Shown here: in pieces, positions 29,275 to 39,600 of the stretch
How the letters are laid out: the number at the start of each line of letters is the position of its first letter
How positions within the stretch are numbered: position 1 is the first letter of the stretch
DNA from: Thermodesulfobacteriota bacterium
Lineage (GTDB): Bacteria; Desulfobacterota; Desulfarculia; JACQYL01
NCBI GenBank assembly: GCA_963675595.2
Contig: CAXXLZ010000001.1
Coordinates: 608,001 to 672,000, forward strand
DNA length: 64,000 bases
Reading direction: 5' to 3'
Position numbers and translations under genes: made by a program
Notes under the pieces: model-generated
What the model was told of the DNA's origin: nothing
The model's input: only the letters and a program-made list of their open reading frames with translations
The model's database searches: none

Positions 29275-29346
29275 TCATAAAATCCATGATGCTTTCTGGC
29301 GATTTCCCCAAATCAAACTCATGGATTTCATGATAAAAAATCATGA
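29275..29346. promoter_or_regulatory. AT-rich inverted-repeat operator candidate upstream of a NarL regulator
   Basis: TCATAAAATCCATGA (29275-29289) and TCATGGATTTCATGA (29319-29333) are near-inverted copies; an extra TCATGA at 29341. Confidence 0.4.
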
Positions 29347-29508
29347 TAATCACGATTGCCTAAAGGTAGTGCTTCTCATATAATCCTGTTAGCTGAATTC
29401 ATCGCATAATCTGCTGATAAACCCCGGCAGACCGGGTACATCCTCCATAAGGGGGTGCGGCGCGGGACAAGGGGATCCCCTTTGTTGATCCGAAGAGAAA
29501 GCGGAGCG

Positions 29509-30168
29509 ATGGAGAAAAACCGGATTCTGCTGGTGGACAACCACAGAATGGTCCTGGCGGGGCTCAAGCAGATGCTTGATCGGGTCCCGGATTTCGAGGT
29601 TTCCGGGGAAGCCTTGGATGGGCGGCAGGCTCTTCACCTCATGAGCCAAGCCCCTTCGGACGTCGTTATGATGGACGTCGCCATGAAGGGTCTGAACGGC
29701 ATTGAAGCCACAAGGCGGATCAAGCGATGCTTTCCTCAAAGCAGAGTGATCGGCCTTTCGTATTATGGTCATCGAGAGATCATCGATAGAATGTTTCACG
29801 CCGGAGCCGACGGTTACGTCATCAAAGAATGCGCCGCTTGCGAACTGATCGAGGCCGTTCGCTCCGTGCTTTCGGGCCGGATTCACCTTTGCCCCAGGGC
29901 GGCCGCGGTAATGGCCCAGAAGCGTAAGCCCTTGTCGGACAAACGTTGCGGAATCTCTTCGCCTCCACCCTTGACGTCCAGGGAGAGGGAGGTCCTTCAA
30001 TGCGTGGCGGAAGGGAAAAGCACCAAAGAAATTTCTGGAATTCTCTATTTGAGTGAATATACGGTGGAGAATCATCGTAGGAACATCGTAAGGAAACTGA
30101 AACTTAGAAATCTTGCTGAATTAACGAGGTACGCCCTTCTTCAGGGACTTACTCCTCTGATGTATTGA
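29509..30168 (+). CDS. NarL/LuxR-family response regulator
   Basis: REC (LLVDNH, MMDVAM, GYVIK) plus LTSREREVL..STKEIS..TVENHRRNI HTH. Confidence 0.9.
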   Translation: MEKNRILLVDNHRMVLAGLKQMLDRVPDFEVSGEALDGRQALHLMSQAPSDVVMMDVAMKGLNGIEATRRIKRCFPQSRVIGLSYYGHREIIDRMFHAGADGYVIKECAACELIEAVRSVLSGRIHLCPRAAAVMAQKRKPLSDKRCGISSPPPLTSREREVLQCVAEGKSTKEISGILYLSEYTVENHRRNIVRKLKLRNLAELTRYALLQGLTPLMY

Positions 30169-30346
30169 CCCGCGGGACCGAGAGAAGAATTCGGCCCATG
30201 CAAAGGAATTCCCCGAACCGTCCATTTCCGGCGTTCGTTCATGGAATGGCACGGCTCTCCTCATCACACCATCCCTTTACGCCTCGAACCTCTGTCGTCA
30301 AACGCGGTCCTCGGGAGAGCAAAATTCCCGGACGCGCACGATGGGC

Positions 30347-31003
30347 TCACAATTCGAGCTTGGTCAGGCCGTGTCTTATGGCGTATTTGGTCAGTTCCGG
30401 CACGGTATGCAGGTTCAGTTTATTCATGATTTTACGGCGGTGGGCGTCCACGGTCTTGGTGCTCAGGTCCAGAGTGTCCGCCATTTGCTTGGTGGTGAAA
30501 CCCTCGGAGATCATCTTGAGAACTTCCCGTTCCCGTTGAGTAAGGGTGCTCCGGTGGAGCCCTTTAAGGATTTCCTGCTCGTCGTGGCACTTGAAGATGC
30601 GTTTAACGCCACTGCAGAAATAGGGCCGATTGTCCCGGACGGCATGGATCGCATCCACCAGTTCGTCGAAGCTCGACTCTTTGAGCACGTACCCCAAAGC
30701 GCCGGAATCCACGGCCCGCGCAACGATGCTGCGATCCGCGTAGGCCGAGAGGGCGATGACCGACGTAGCCGGGTTTTTTCGGCGTATTCGTTGCGTCGCC
30801 TCGAAGCCGTCGAGTACGGGCATGAATACATCCATGATCACCACGTCGGGTCTGCAGGTTTCCGCCAGCATGGCGGCCTCTCCGCCGTCACGTGCTTCTC
30901 CCACGATTTCGAAATTTTCCTGTCTGCTCAAGAGCCCGTTGAGGCTGGTGAGAAGGATAAAGTGATCTTCCGCCAACAGGATTCTGGTCCGTCGCCGACT
31001 CAT
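30347..31003 (-). CDS. NarL/LuxR-family response regulator
   Basis: LLAEDH, IMDVFMP, GYVLK, LTQREREVL..TVDAHRRKI. Confidence 0.92.
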   Translation of the reverse strand: MSRRRTRILLAEDHFILLTSLNGLLSRQENFEIVGEARDGGEAAMLAETCRPDVVIMDVFMPVLDGFEATQRIRRKNPATSVIALSAYADRSIVARAVDSGALGYVLKESSFDELVDAIHAVRDNRPYFCSGVKRIFKCHDEQEILKGLHRSTLTQREREVLKMISEGFTTKQMADTLDLSTKTVDAHRRKIMNKLNLHTVPELTKYAIRHGLTKLEL

Positions 31004-31462
31004 TTTTCCGTTTCTTTGTGGTGATTCAGGTGAGATCCCGCCTGCGGCGAGCCCACCCGTACCCTCTCAGGAACCCTTCGGGCGGGCGGCGCCCGGGATT
31101 GGGGCAGCTCACCTCAAAATAAGGGGGAAGACTTGGTGCCGGTTTAGGTTGAGTTGTGGGAAAAGCCCTTGGACATCCGGATTTGAAGCTACGCGCTCAA
31201 GGAGGAAAAAAGGCCGCACGACTCCCTCTGTTGGGGAAATCGTCTCCCTCATCGGATCTCCAGATACGGCGACTCGCGGTTCTCGCCGGCCGGATCTTAC
31301 CCAGGTGCCGCCCCCGAAGTCTCTTAAGGAAGGCTATGCCTTCGGGGTAATCGCAGACGGCCCGCTCAAAGCGGAAGCCGACACACGGATCGGCAGTCTT
31401 TCCGGAAAACTATGGCCGGTCGAAGGCGGGTTCCGAAAAGCTTCTTGATTATAGATATCCCC

Positions 31463-32425
31463 TCATCCCTTCCGTGCCTTTTCTTCGGCCAGATGGTTGG
31501 CGAGATAGGAGCGGAGGTTGACGTGGGCATTGTTGAGTTTGAGTTTCTTCCGGATGTTGCGTCTGTGGGTTTTCACCGTGAAGGTGGACACATTGAGGTG
31601 TTCCGCGATTTCTTCATTGGTCATGCCGTTGCGCACCAGAGCGGCTACGCGTAGTTCGCTGCGCGAAAGCGTGGTGATGATCTTGTTGTCCTGACCCACG
31701 TTGGCCGTTAGGTCCCGAATGTGTTGGGAAAGAAGTTCGAGGTCCCCGTCGCATCCTGCCAAGGCGGCGTTGTTGCGGAGGCGCTGCACGATGGGCAGCA
31801 GTAGGGATTTGGCCATCAGTGCGGTGCGGCGCTCGGACTCCACTCGAGCGGTGTCCAGGTTTCGTGCCAGCACCGAAAGGGCCTCGTTGGTTTCGATGAG
31901 TTGAAGCTTCATCTGTTCGAGAGCGCTTTTCTGGTGTCGCAGCTCCAGGTTCGTGCGCTCGAGTTCGTTGCGTGCTCTTCTGAGTTCAAGGTCCTTTTCC
32001 AGCACTTCCAAGGCCCGGTTGACGGAGTGGACGAACAGCTCTCGGCTGAGAGGTTTTTCCAGGAAATCGAGGGCTCCGCCTCTGAGGGCGGAGATGGCCG
32101 CGCTCTTGTCGGCGTAGCCCGACATCATGATGACCCGCGACAAAGGGGAGGTCTGCCGGATTTCGGGGAGGAGGTCGAGGCCCGACTTCTCGGGCATGTA
32201 CACGTCCAGCACCACCACGTGAAAGAAGTTCTCACGGACCATGTCCATGGCTTGGGAGGCGGATTGTGAGGTCTGTGCGGATAAGTTCATGGAAGCGAGG
32301 AGACTCTGCAGAAACTTGCGCACTCCGGGATCATCGTCCACCACTAGAACTTGAAAAGGGCAGTCGTCGGCATGGGGTGGGAACAAGGTGGAATCATTTT
32401 CGGGCGGCAAATACGGCGTCTCCAT
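31463..32425 (-). CDS. Response regulator: REC, coiled coil, LuxR HTH
   Basis: VVDDD, LDVYMP, FLEKP; LSRSELRVA..TVKTHRRNIRKKL. Confidence 0.88.
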   Translation of the reverse strand: METPYLPPENDSTLFPPHADDCPFQVLVVDDDPGVRKFLQSLLASMNLSAQTSQSASQAMDMVRENFFHVVVLDVYMPEKSGLDLLPEIRQTSPLSRVIMMSGYADKSAAISALRGGALDFLEKPLSRELFVHSVNRALEVLEKDLELRRARNELERTNLELRHQKSALEQMKLQLIETNEALSVLARNLDTARVESERRTALMAKSLLLPIVQRLRNNAALAGCDGDLELLSQHIRDLTANVGQDNKIITTLSRSELRVAALVRNGMTNEEIAEHLNVSTFTVKTHRRNIRKKLKLNNAHVNLRSYLANHLAEEKARKG

Positions 32426-32931
32426 CGGGTCCGTTTCCTGTGTCGACCGACGCGACCCCCGATGTTGGGACCGCTGAAAAATCGGGACCGAAAAGGCGAA
32501 GTTCGAGTACCGAGGGCGGAAGGAACGGGATTGGAAAAGGAAGCAATTCGACCCTGAAGCGACTCAATTTGCCTATTTTCCCCTCATCCCGCAGGTATGT
32601 CAACCCTGATACAACGTTCAATCCTATGAAACCGAGATTCATCAGACGAAAAACAACTATAATACAATTCTTCGAGAAACGATATAGGGAGTTCCCGTCA
32701 TTTTTGAGCCGGTGGACGTGCAAATAACCCCTGAAACGGGACCATGGATTGGGATATAATCGGGATGCGGAAGCGAGTCCACGTGACCGCCGGCACCGTT
32801 CAGACGATGCAGACCGGCGCTGCGCTCGGACATCGCATAAAACGTCCCGTGTAGGCCGAGGCTTCTAGTCGAAACGCAATCATTACGGGAACAGGCGGCT
32901 CCGGTTCCGGAGCCCGCATTAGGAGGACCCC

Positions 32932-33858
32932 ATGAGTATGTCGAACCGGTCTTTCATGATCCGAAGGTTGATCGCCGTCGCAATCCTGCTGTTCGGGCTT
33001 TCGCCGTCCGGGATCGTCCAGGGCGCGGCTCTTGTGGCGGACCATCGGGCCGTTCGGGAGTTCGATGCGATCCCCGACCTATGGATCCAAGCGGCGAAAG
33101 CCCTTACGTATCATTATGCGCACACCTCTCACGGATCCCAGATCGTGGCGGGGTTGACGGCCCTGGCAAACTGGAATGAGAAATACGCCTTTGCCGTGAG
33201 GGAAGACGGCGGTTCCGCCGGCCTGCCGCCCGAGGAGACGCCTCCGGCTCTCCGAATGTACGACGGGAATCCTCCCGAAACCTATATCGAACCCGACGAT
33301 TACTGGGACGGGACTTCGGCTCTGGATCGAACCCGAGCCGTGGTGGACACGGGGCTTTTCGACTATTCCATGTGGGCCTGGTGTGGACAGCTTTCCTATT
33401 ATGGCTCCTCGCAGGTGGACGCCTACCTGGCAGCCTTGAACACTCTGGATGGGGAGTATTCCGACACCGAATTCATTTACATGACGGGGCATACGGACGG
33501 TGGAGGAGCCACCCTCACGTCGAACAATCAGAGGATACGCGACTATAGTGCGGCCAACAATAAAGCTCTTTTTGATTTCGCGGACATCGAAAGCTGGGAC
33601 CTGAACGGCGTATACCACGCCGATGCTTCCGACGCCTGCTCCTGGTGTTACGATTGGTGCACGGACCACCCCGATTCCACGGACTGTGTCATCCGACCGT
33701 CCGACGACTCGGAATGCGCCCATTCCCACGGCCTCAACTGCGTGATCAAGGCCAAGGCCTTCTGGTGGATGGCGGCCCGTCTGGCGGGTTGGTCCGGGCC
33801 GGGCGACTCATCCGCCGCCTTTATTTCCGGGGTAATGGTCCCGCTGCTCTCGGACTAA
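32932..33858 (+). CDS. Secreted hypothetical protein (acidic, Cys-containing, hydrophobic C-terminal tail)
   Basis: AGGAGG RBS, signal peptide, HTSHGSQI, FDFADIES, KAKAFWWMAARLAGW motifs. Confidence 0.75.
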   Translation: MSMSNRSFMIRRLIAVAILLFGLSPSGIVQGAALVADHRAVREFDAIPDLWIQAAKALTYHYAHTSHGSQIVAGLTALANWNEKYAFAVREDGGSAGLPPEETPPALRMYDGNPPETYIEPDDYWDGTSALDRTRAVVDTGLFDYSMWAWCGQLSYYGSSQVDAYLAALNTLDGEYSDTEFIYMTGHTDGGGATLTSNNQRIRDYSAANNKALFDFADIESWDLNGVYHADASDACSWCYDWCTDHPDSTDCVIRPSDDSECAHSHGLNCVIKAKAFWWMAARLAGWSGPGDSSAAFISGVMVPLLSD

Positions 33859-33929
33859 ACGGATTTCGGGCGTCATTGTAACAGGCGTACCGGGATCCGG
33901 TCCGCGCCGTTTGACGGCCTCGAAATCAC

Positions 33930-34040
33930 CCGCATTCGGGAGGCGCTCCTCACCGCCTCTCCGCTAAAGGCGGTGAGGGCTGTTTGAAAAGTCTTGAAAA
34001 GGGGACCGGGGGAAAATTTGCCCGAAAGTCTCCTCCCGGT
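33930..34040. repeat. Palindromic repeat copy between convergent genes
   Basis: CCTCACCGCCTCTCCGCTAAAGGCGGTGAGG hairpin and a GGGGACCGGGGGAAAATTTG.. segment. Confidence 0.5.
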
Positions 34041-34070
34041 CGACGATAATGACGCTTCCGAGAAGAGCGA

Positions 34071-34697
34071 TCAATCATCGTACCGAATGAGAGCGAGCAG
34101 AATCTCCGATGCCGCTTGGATCAGTCGATTCAGGTCTTCCTCCGTTTGCGGTATGCCCAGGAGGCACGCCACGCAACGGTGGCGCTTGAGTTGAATGTTC
34201 GAACGGAAAGGAAGGCTTAGGAGACTTTCCAGAAGTCCCTCGTCGGACAGGAGTCCGCGCGTTCGTTCGGGCTGGTCGCCCTTCAACTGAAACCGTTCAT
34301 CGAATCCCGGAACTCCCAGGGAGAAGCGGTGAAACTTGCGGGGGACCCACGGCAGATCGGCATAATAGCCGGCGATAGGGACCGGAGCGAAGCGCTTCTC
34401 CCGGATGTGCACTTGGGGCGCTTCCGGGTTGCACACGGGAAATTCCGCGCAGGTCATCATGCCCCTGTCCAGGAAGTCCAGGGAGCGGTTCATCGCCCTG
34501 AGCCGGATATCTACGCCGTGCACCGTCAGATGCAGTCGGGGCGAGAGCGTGGGAAGAAACAACGTCACTCTTCCGCGTCGTTTGGCCGCCTGTTCTTGAA
34601 ATAGACGATATAGACGCCGCTTGTCTCCCAAGTGCCACCAAACCCCGAGGAACACTATGGCCGAAAGGCAGCCGAAAAAAGCAATTAGGAAGAGCAT
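34071..34697 (-). CDS. Membrane-anchored hypothetical protein, paralog of 35346-36032
   Basis: N-terminal TM; shares GMMTC.EFPVCNPEAPQV.IREKR and AASEILLALI.YD with its neighbour. Confidence 0.75.
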   Translation of the reverse strand: MLFLIAFFGCLSAIVFLGVWWHLGDKRRLYRLFQEQAAKRRGRVTLFLPTLSPRLHLTVHGVDIRLRAMNRSLDFLDRGMMTCAEFPVCNPEAPQVHIREKRFAPVPIAGYYADLPWVPRKFHRFSLGVPGFDERFQLKGDQPERTRGLLSDEGLLESLLSLPFRSNIQLKRHRCVACLLGIPQTEEDLNRLIQAASEILLALIRYDD

Positions 34698-34766
34698 GAA
34701 AGCGAAAGGCCCTATTGATAAATCAAGATATCGAATGGAGGTGCAGGGAAACTCCGGACGATGGTA

Positions 34767-35195
34767 TTACATATCAAAGACTTTCCAATTGTTCCTATAT
34801 TGAGCAAGTGGCCCGTAGTTGATGGCAGGCATGTTGCTTGGTATTTGCCTGTCACGATAGGAAGATCCGAAAAACCTATTTACATCGTTCAGAATATCGT
34901 GTCCTGGAACAATGTAAAATTCCTCGTGATCATCGAATCCATTTAATATAATGAACACATAAATATGATCCGGCCTTACGTTTTCTTTTCGGATTAGGAA
35001 ACAATTCTTGCGTCTTAGGGTTTTTACTTGGACACAAAATGTATTATTGGTTTGTGGGTTGCAGACGAATATGTCAACTGATTTGGCGTTTCCGAATGTG
35101 ACTGACGCCTGATACCCTCTCTTGAAGAGCTTGCCGACCGTGAGAAACTCACCGGCCATGCCAGTAAGTTGGCTATCCGTCCGTGGTTTCTTCAA
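34767..35195 (-). CDS. Small PD-(D/E)XK-fold nuclease-like protein (low GC)
   Basis: GMAGEFL (motif I E), SVDIFV (D), CVQVKT (Q-x-K); markedly AT-rich. Confidence 0.7.
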   Translation of the reverse strand: MKKPRTDSQLTGMAGEFLTVGKLFKRGYQASVTFGNAKSVDIFVCNPQTNNTFCVQVKTLRRKNCFLIRKENVRPDHIYVFIILNGFDDHEEFYIVPGHDILNDVNRFFGSSYRDRQIPSNMPAINYGPLAQYRNNWKVFDM

Positions 35196-35345
35196 TGCGT
35201 TTCGCCCTTCGTCAGTGAATAGGGTTCATATCAGGCATTCATCCGCAGGAATCGAGAGTAGTGTTTCTAGTCGGAGCAGCCCCGTTGGTCGCTAGTCGAC
35301 GACAAAGATTGAGGAAGGCTGCCTTCGGAGAGCCCGTTCACACGA

Positions 35346-36032
35346 TCATACATCATATTCGATCAAAGCGAGCAAAATCTCCGACGCCGCCTCGATGAGT
35401 CGATCCAGGCTTTCCTCCGTTTCCGGAATGTCCTGAATGGACACCACGCAGGATTCCTCCTCGACCCGGATATCCGCCGGGAAAGGCAGGCCCAGCAGGC
35501 TTCGCACGAGTTCGTCCCGATTCAGCAGGCCCCGGGACTCCTCGGGCTGTTTCCCCACGAGTTGATACCGCTTGTCGAATTCCTCATGTCCCAGGGAGCA
35601 GAGGGGGCCCGGTTTCGCCTTCCGCATCGGTGCCGAGGGCGCGGCGTACCCAAAACCATACTCGGAAGGTTTCCACCGTTTCTCGCGGATGCGGACTTGC
35701 GGGGCTTCCGGATTGCACACGGGGAATTCCACACAGGTCATCATGCCCGTGTCCCTGGAGCCGATGGTGCGATTCAGGGCCGTGACCCGCACCTCCACTC
35801 CGTGCAGTGTCAGGTACAGGTGCGGTATGGAAACCATGGACGCCTGGGTCACGGTGCCTTGTCGCCGGGCCGCTTGGCTTTGGAACAGCCGGAGCAAACG
35901 CCGCCTGTCCCGGATATGCAGCCACGTGCCGATAAGCACGACAATGAGAATAAGAACCAGGATGGGGACGGCAATTTCAGCATAGGGGGCGCTTTTGTGG
36001 AGAAGAGGTGGGGCCTGGAATCCGTACGCCAT
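35346..36032 (-). CDS. Membrane-anchored hypothetical protein, paralog of 34071-34697
   Basis: TM IAVPILVLILIVVLIGTW; the same conserved blocks as 34071-34697. Confidence 0.75.
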   Translation of the reverse strand: MAYGFQAPPLLHKSAPYAEIAVPILVLILIVVLIGTWLHIRDRRRLLRLFQSQAARRQGTVTQASMVSIPHLYLTLHGVEVRVTALNRTIGSRDTGMMTCVEFPVCNPEAPQVRIREKRWKPSEYGFGYAAPSAPMRKAKPGPLCSLGHEEFDKRYQLVGKQPEESRGLLNRDELVRSLLGLPFPADIRVEEESCVVSIQDIPETEESLDRLIEAASEILLALIEYDV

Positions 36033-36582
36033 TCGTCCCTCTGCATGCGCGGCCTGCTCGGTCACCGATGATTCACCGGCTGTGCGATGACCTGCCGGTC
36101 AGGAGTTGGAAAAAGAAGAAGCCCTCCGCGTACTTCGACGGAAAAGAGACTTCGAAACTGGAGGAGTCGGTCTGCCGTCATCCGGCCGGACCGGATGACG
36201 GCGGGCGGTGACCGTGGACACTAGAATACCTCCGGTGATCACAACGGAAATAGGGCGACTCCAGGTTTTCTTCATCTTGGCGGTGGATATTCAATTTCGA
36301 AATAAGTGATTCCTCTCCGCCTTTTTGCTGATATTTTATAGCATCACAACGATTCCGACGCAAATTCTCCCAATTCACCGAGTCCTATCCAGTAGCAAAG
36401 CAGCGGAGCCGGAATTCTCATGATTCGAGCCGCAACGGTGTTGCCCTGCTCCAGTGGGCCCAAGTCGTTCAACGATTTGGTGACCACATAGCCGCGACCC
36501 AGATCCTTGGTCCGGATCAGCTCCACGAGCCCCTCAAGGTCTCAGGCTTGTGGCGCTTAACGCTCAAGAGTTTTGAAGGGAG

Positions 36583-36616
36583 TGTGAGGGAAACTTTTTC
36601 AAAAGTTTCCCTCACA
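36583..36616. repeat. Repeat-family hairpin / probable terminator after the GlmS-like gene
   Basis: TGTGAGGGAAACTTTTTCAAAAGTTTCCCTCACA palindrome 5 bp past the stop. Confidence 0.6.
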
Positions 36617-36620
36617 TAAC

Positions 36621-39600
36621 TCACCCCAACATCCCCCGCAGCGCTTCCCAGCGTTCCGCGTCGTTCAGGTCTTCCTGGCCTTGGAGTTCCGGCCAGGAGG
36701 TCTCCAGGGCGACGGCGATGGTTTGCACCGTGGTTGCGGGTCTTCGTTGGGCGAGGTCGTCCAGGAGGGTTTGCACGCGTTCAAGGAGCAGGTCCACGGT
36801 AACGCGGCTGGATTTGCGGAAGAGCAGGGAGCGTTTGACCAGGGTGAAGAGGCGGTCGTCCCACACGTGTCCCTGGGCGGTCATGCCGTCGTTGAAACGG
36901 CCGACGATTTCCCGGTATCGTGCTCCCAGGGGTGTTTCGTCGTTGGTTTCCAGACCCAGGGCCAAGGAACTGATATGTAGCTGTTCCGCCATGGATTGGG
37001 CGTGATCCCACTCGAAATACCGAGGGGAAACATGGTAGAGGCGGCCGCCGTCCTCCCACGAGGCTCCGGCAAAGGGCAGCAGGAGCAGGGATTCCAGGAG
37101 ACCGTCGTCGCGAATATCCGGTGTGCGATGGTAGAGCACGTCCCAGGTATCGCCGTGGGCTTCGTGCCACATGTTCCAGTCGTCTCCCTGGAAGGTTTGG
37201 GACGCGGCTTCGAGGATTCTGGCGTCGAAGGTTTCCCGGTTGGGACGCACCAGGAAAAAGGGCGGCGCCAGGGACTGTTGGGCCCTGAAATGTTCCACGG
37301 TGGTGTCCGGATTGTAGAGCAGTCCCTGGTCGGCCAGACGATGCAGCCGGTCTTCATCACGAATTTCCAGCACACTGTACCGCCCCGTGCCTTCCAGGGA
37401 ATGCATGACCGGGGTCAGGTGCCTGAGAGGTTCGATGAGCCGTGAGTGGAAATAATCCAGGTCCAATCGGTCCCGGTTGATCAAATCGCCCAAGGGACCG
37501 AAGCAACGAAGGAATACGGCGTCCCTGGAAACCGGTTCAAATGGCAGGTCCCGGGCTTTCGCCGCGCCGGCGCAGAGCTGCACGGCCAGGAGATTCATGG
37601 CGAAGGGCAGCAGAATCTCGGGAATGGGAACGGCTTCGTCCGTGTAGCCTTCGAGGGTGGGCAACAGCAGCAGACGGTCCATGGGCTGACACGCCAGAGA
37701 TTTTTGTTGTTCCTGGAAAAAGGCGCGTTGGGAAACGATCAGCATACGGGCGTAGCGCACCCCGTACGTGGCCAGTTCGTCCAAGGCCCGATCGAAGCGA
37801 CGGTGGACGGCTGCGTCGATGATGATCAGGGTGTCTTCAGCCGCATCGTAACCAGGCCGGAGCGCCGGCAGGTACCAACGCCCTTCCGCGAAAAAGGGCT
37901 TTTCGATGCGGCAGGACAAGTCCGCCGTGGGTTGCTCCAGAAAGGCGTCGATGCCGAGGTCGCCCAGGTAGCGTCGTTCCCATTCCGACACCCGTTCTTC
38001 TCCGTACTGGGAGATCATTTCCGAAACGGGCAGCAAGGCCACGAACTTTTTGTCCACGCGCGGGTCCACGGTCACCAAGGGTCCGTAGGCGGTTTCTCCA
38101 TAACAATGCTGTTCAAGAGGCAGGCAGCCCAGTTCGTCGAACCGGACCACCCAGGCGAGCCCGGTGCCTCCCGGCGGCACGGAGAAGTAGGCCGACGGAT
38201 AGTCCCGGTTCTCCGCCATGGCATCCAAAGCGGCGCGGCGTAAAGCATCGTCGTTGAGAATCGCCTGCACGGCTCGGCCGCATTGGGCGAAATGTTCCTC
38301 CACGATGCGCGCCTTTTCGGGGCGCTTATCCCGCCAGGAAGAGACGATCAGGCAACTCAGTCCGGCATACAGCAGGTCGTTTTCCGTCAATCCCTCGGCG
38401 GGGGGCATGATGAAGCAGCCCAGGGAGGCATGAAAGAACTGTGCGAACTCCTCCGGGATTTCGGGGCCGAACCAAAGGCACGGCACGAAAATCTGTTCGC
38501 GGAGTTTTGCAAGGACGCTCTCTTCGGGCGGTCGTGTGGCGATGAAGATGAGAATGGTATCCTCTTTGAAATGGCTGAGGGATTCCCCTCCGGGAGCGAC
38601 CCGCAGAAAGTATCGCAGGAAACGGCCCCAACGGCTCACCAGGTTCTTGGCCGCGGCATGAGCGCTCCGGTCCAGGGAAACGAACACGACTTCTCCGCCC
38701 TCTTCGGGCAGGTCCTCGAAAACCGCTTTGTTCAGTTTGGTCAACGACTGAGACGGCGACTGGAAGATCGTTCCCGACAGCTCCTTGCGTGATACGAGAT
38801 CGGCCAGCCGTCGCATTTCCCGATAGTAACGCTTTTCGACCTCAAAAGAAGCTTCCCGTTCCCATAAGGTCTCCCGGGAAAGGGGCTCCAATTGGGTTCC
38901 GGGCTCGGTTTTGGGGACCAGTTCCACCAGGCGACGTAGTTCCTCCGAAGGGGAGGGTATCCGTTTGGGACGGCTCCGGGTCACGGTGACCGATTTGCTG
39001 CGGTTGCGCGGGGCGTCTTCCGCGGTGCGTCCGTGAGCCAAACCGTATAAGTAAGCGAACCGGTAGTAGAACATCAGATCGGCGAAGGGTTGCAGATCGT
39101 CGTCCAGTTTGGGGAGGTTCAGACACAGGTCTTTGGAAAAATAGCAGACTTCGTCTTGCTCAGGGTGTTCGTAACTTACGGCGGCGAAGGGTACATCTCC
39201 CATGTACAATCTTTTCATGACGTTCAGGGCTTCCCGCAGACGGCCTTGGTGGGTGGCGTTCACCAGTACCAATTCACGGTTCATGTCCTTCGGTCCCTCA
39301 TGAATCCAAAGATCACGGTAGTCGAGGCATTTACCCAATGCATACCAGCTGTTGTCCTGGAGCTTCCCGGCGATTTCATGGCCGGCCGCGGTGGATTCCA
39401 AAGCGTCGAACACGAGGCAGACGGTACTTTTCGCGCTCCTGGAAGCCAGCTCTTTGGAGAATTCTTCCGTGGACGGGTCTTCCAGAATGTTTGCCAGCAC
39501 TTCCGGCATCCGTCTGAGTTTGTCCAAAGAGGCCACGGCCTCTTCCGTTTTGCCCAATCGCGACATGAGCCACAGGCCCAGAAGCTCGACGCACATCAGC

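Noticed and set aside
31020-31450. Possible riboswitch or ncRNA between the response regulators
   Set aside because: GC-rich stems are present, but I could not match a c-di-GMP or other riboswitch consensus by eye. An Rfam scan is needed.
34740-35345. Integron cassette around the nuclease gene
   Set aside because: No convincing attC (RYYYAAC...GTTRRRY) pair and no integrase in the window.
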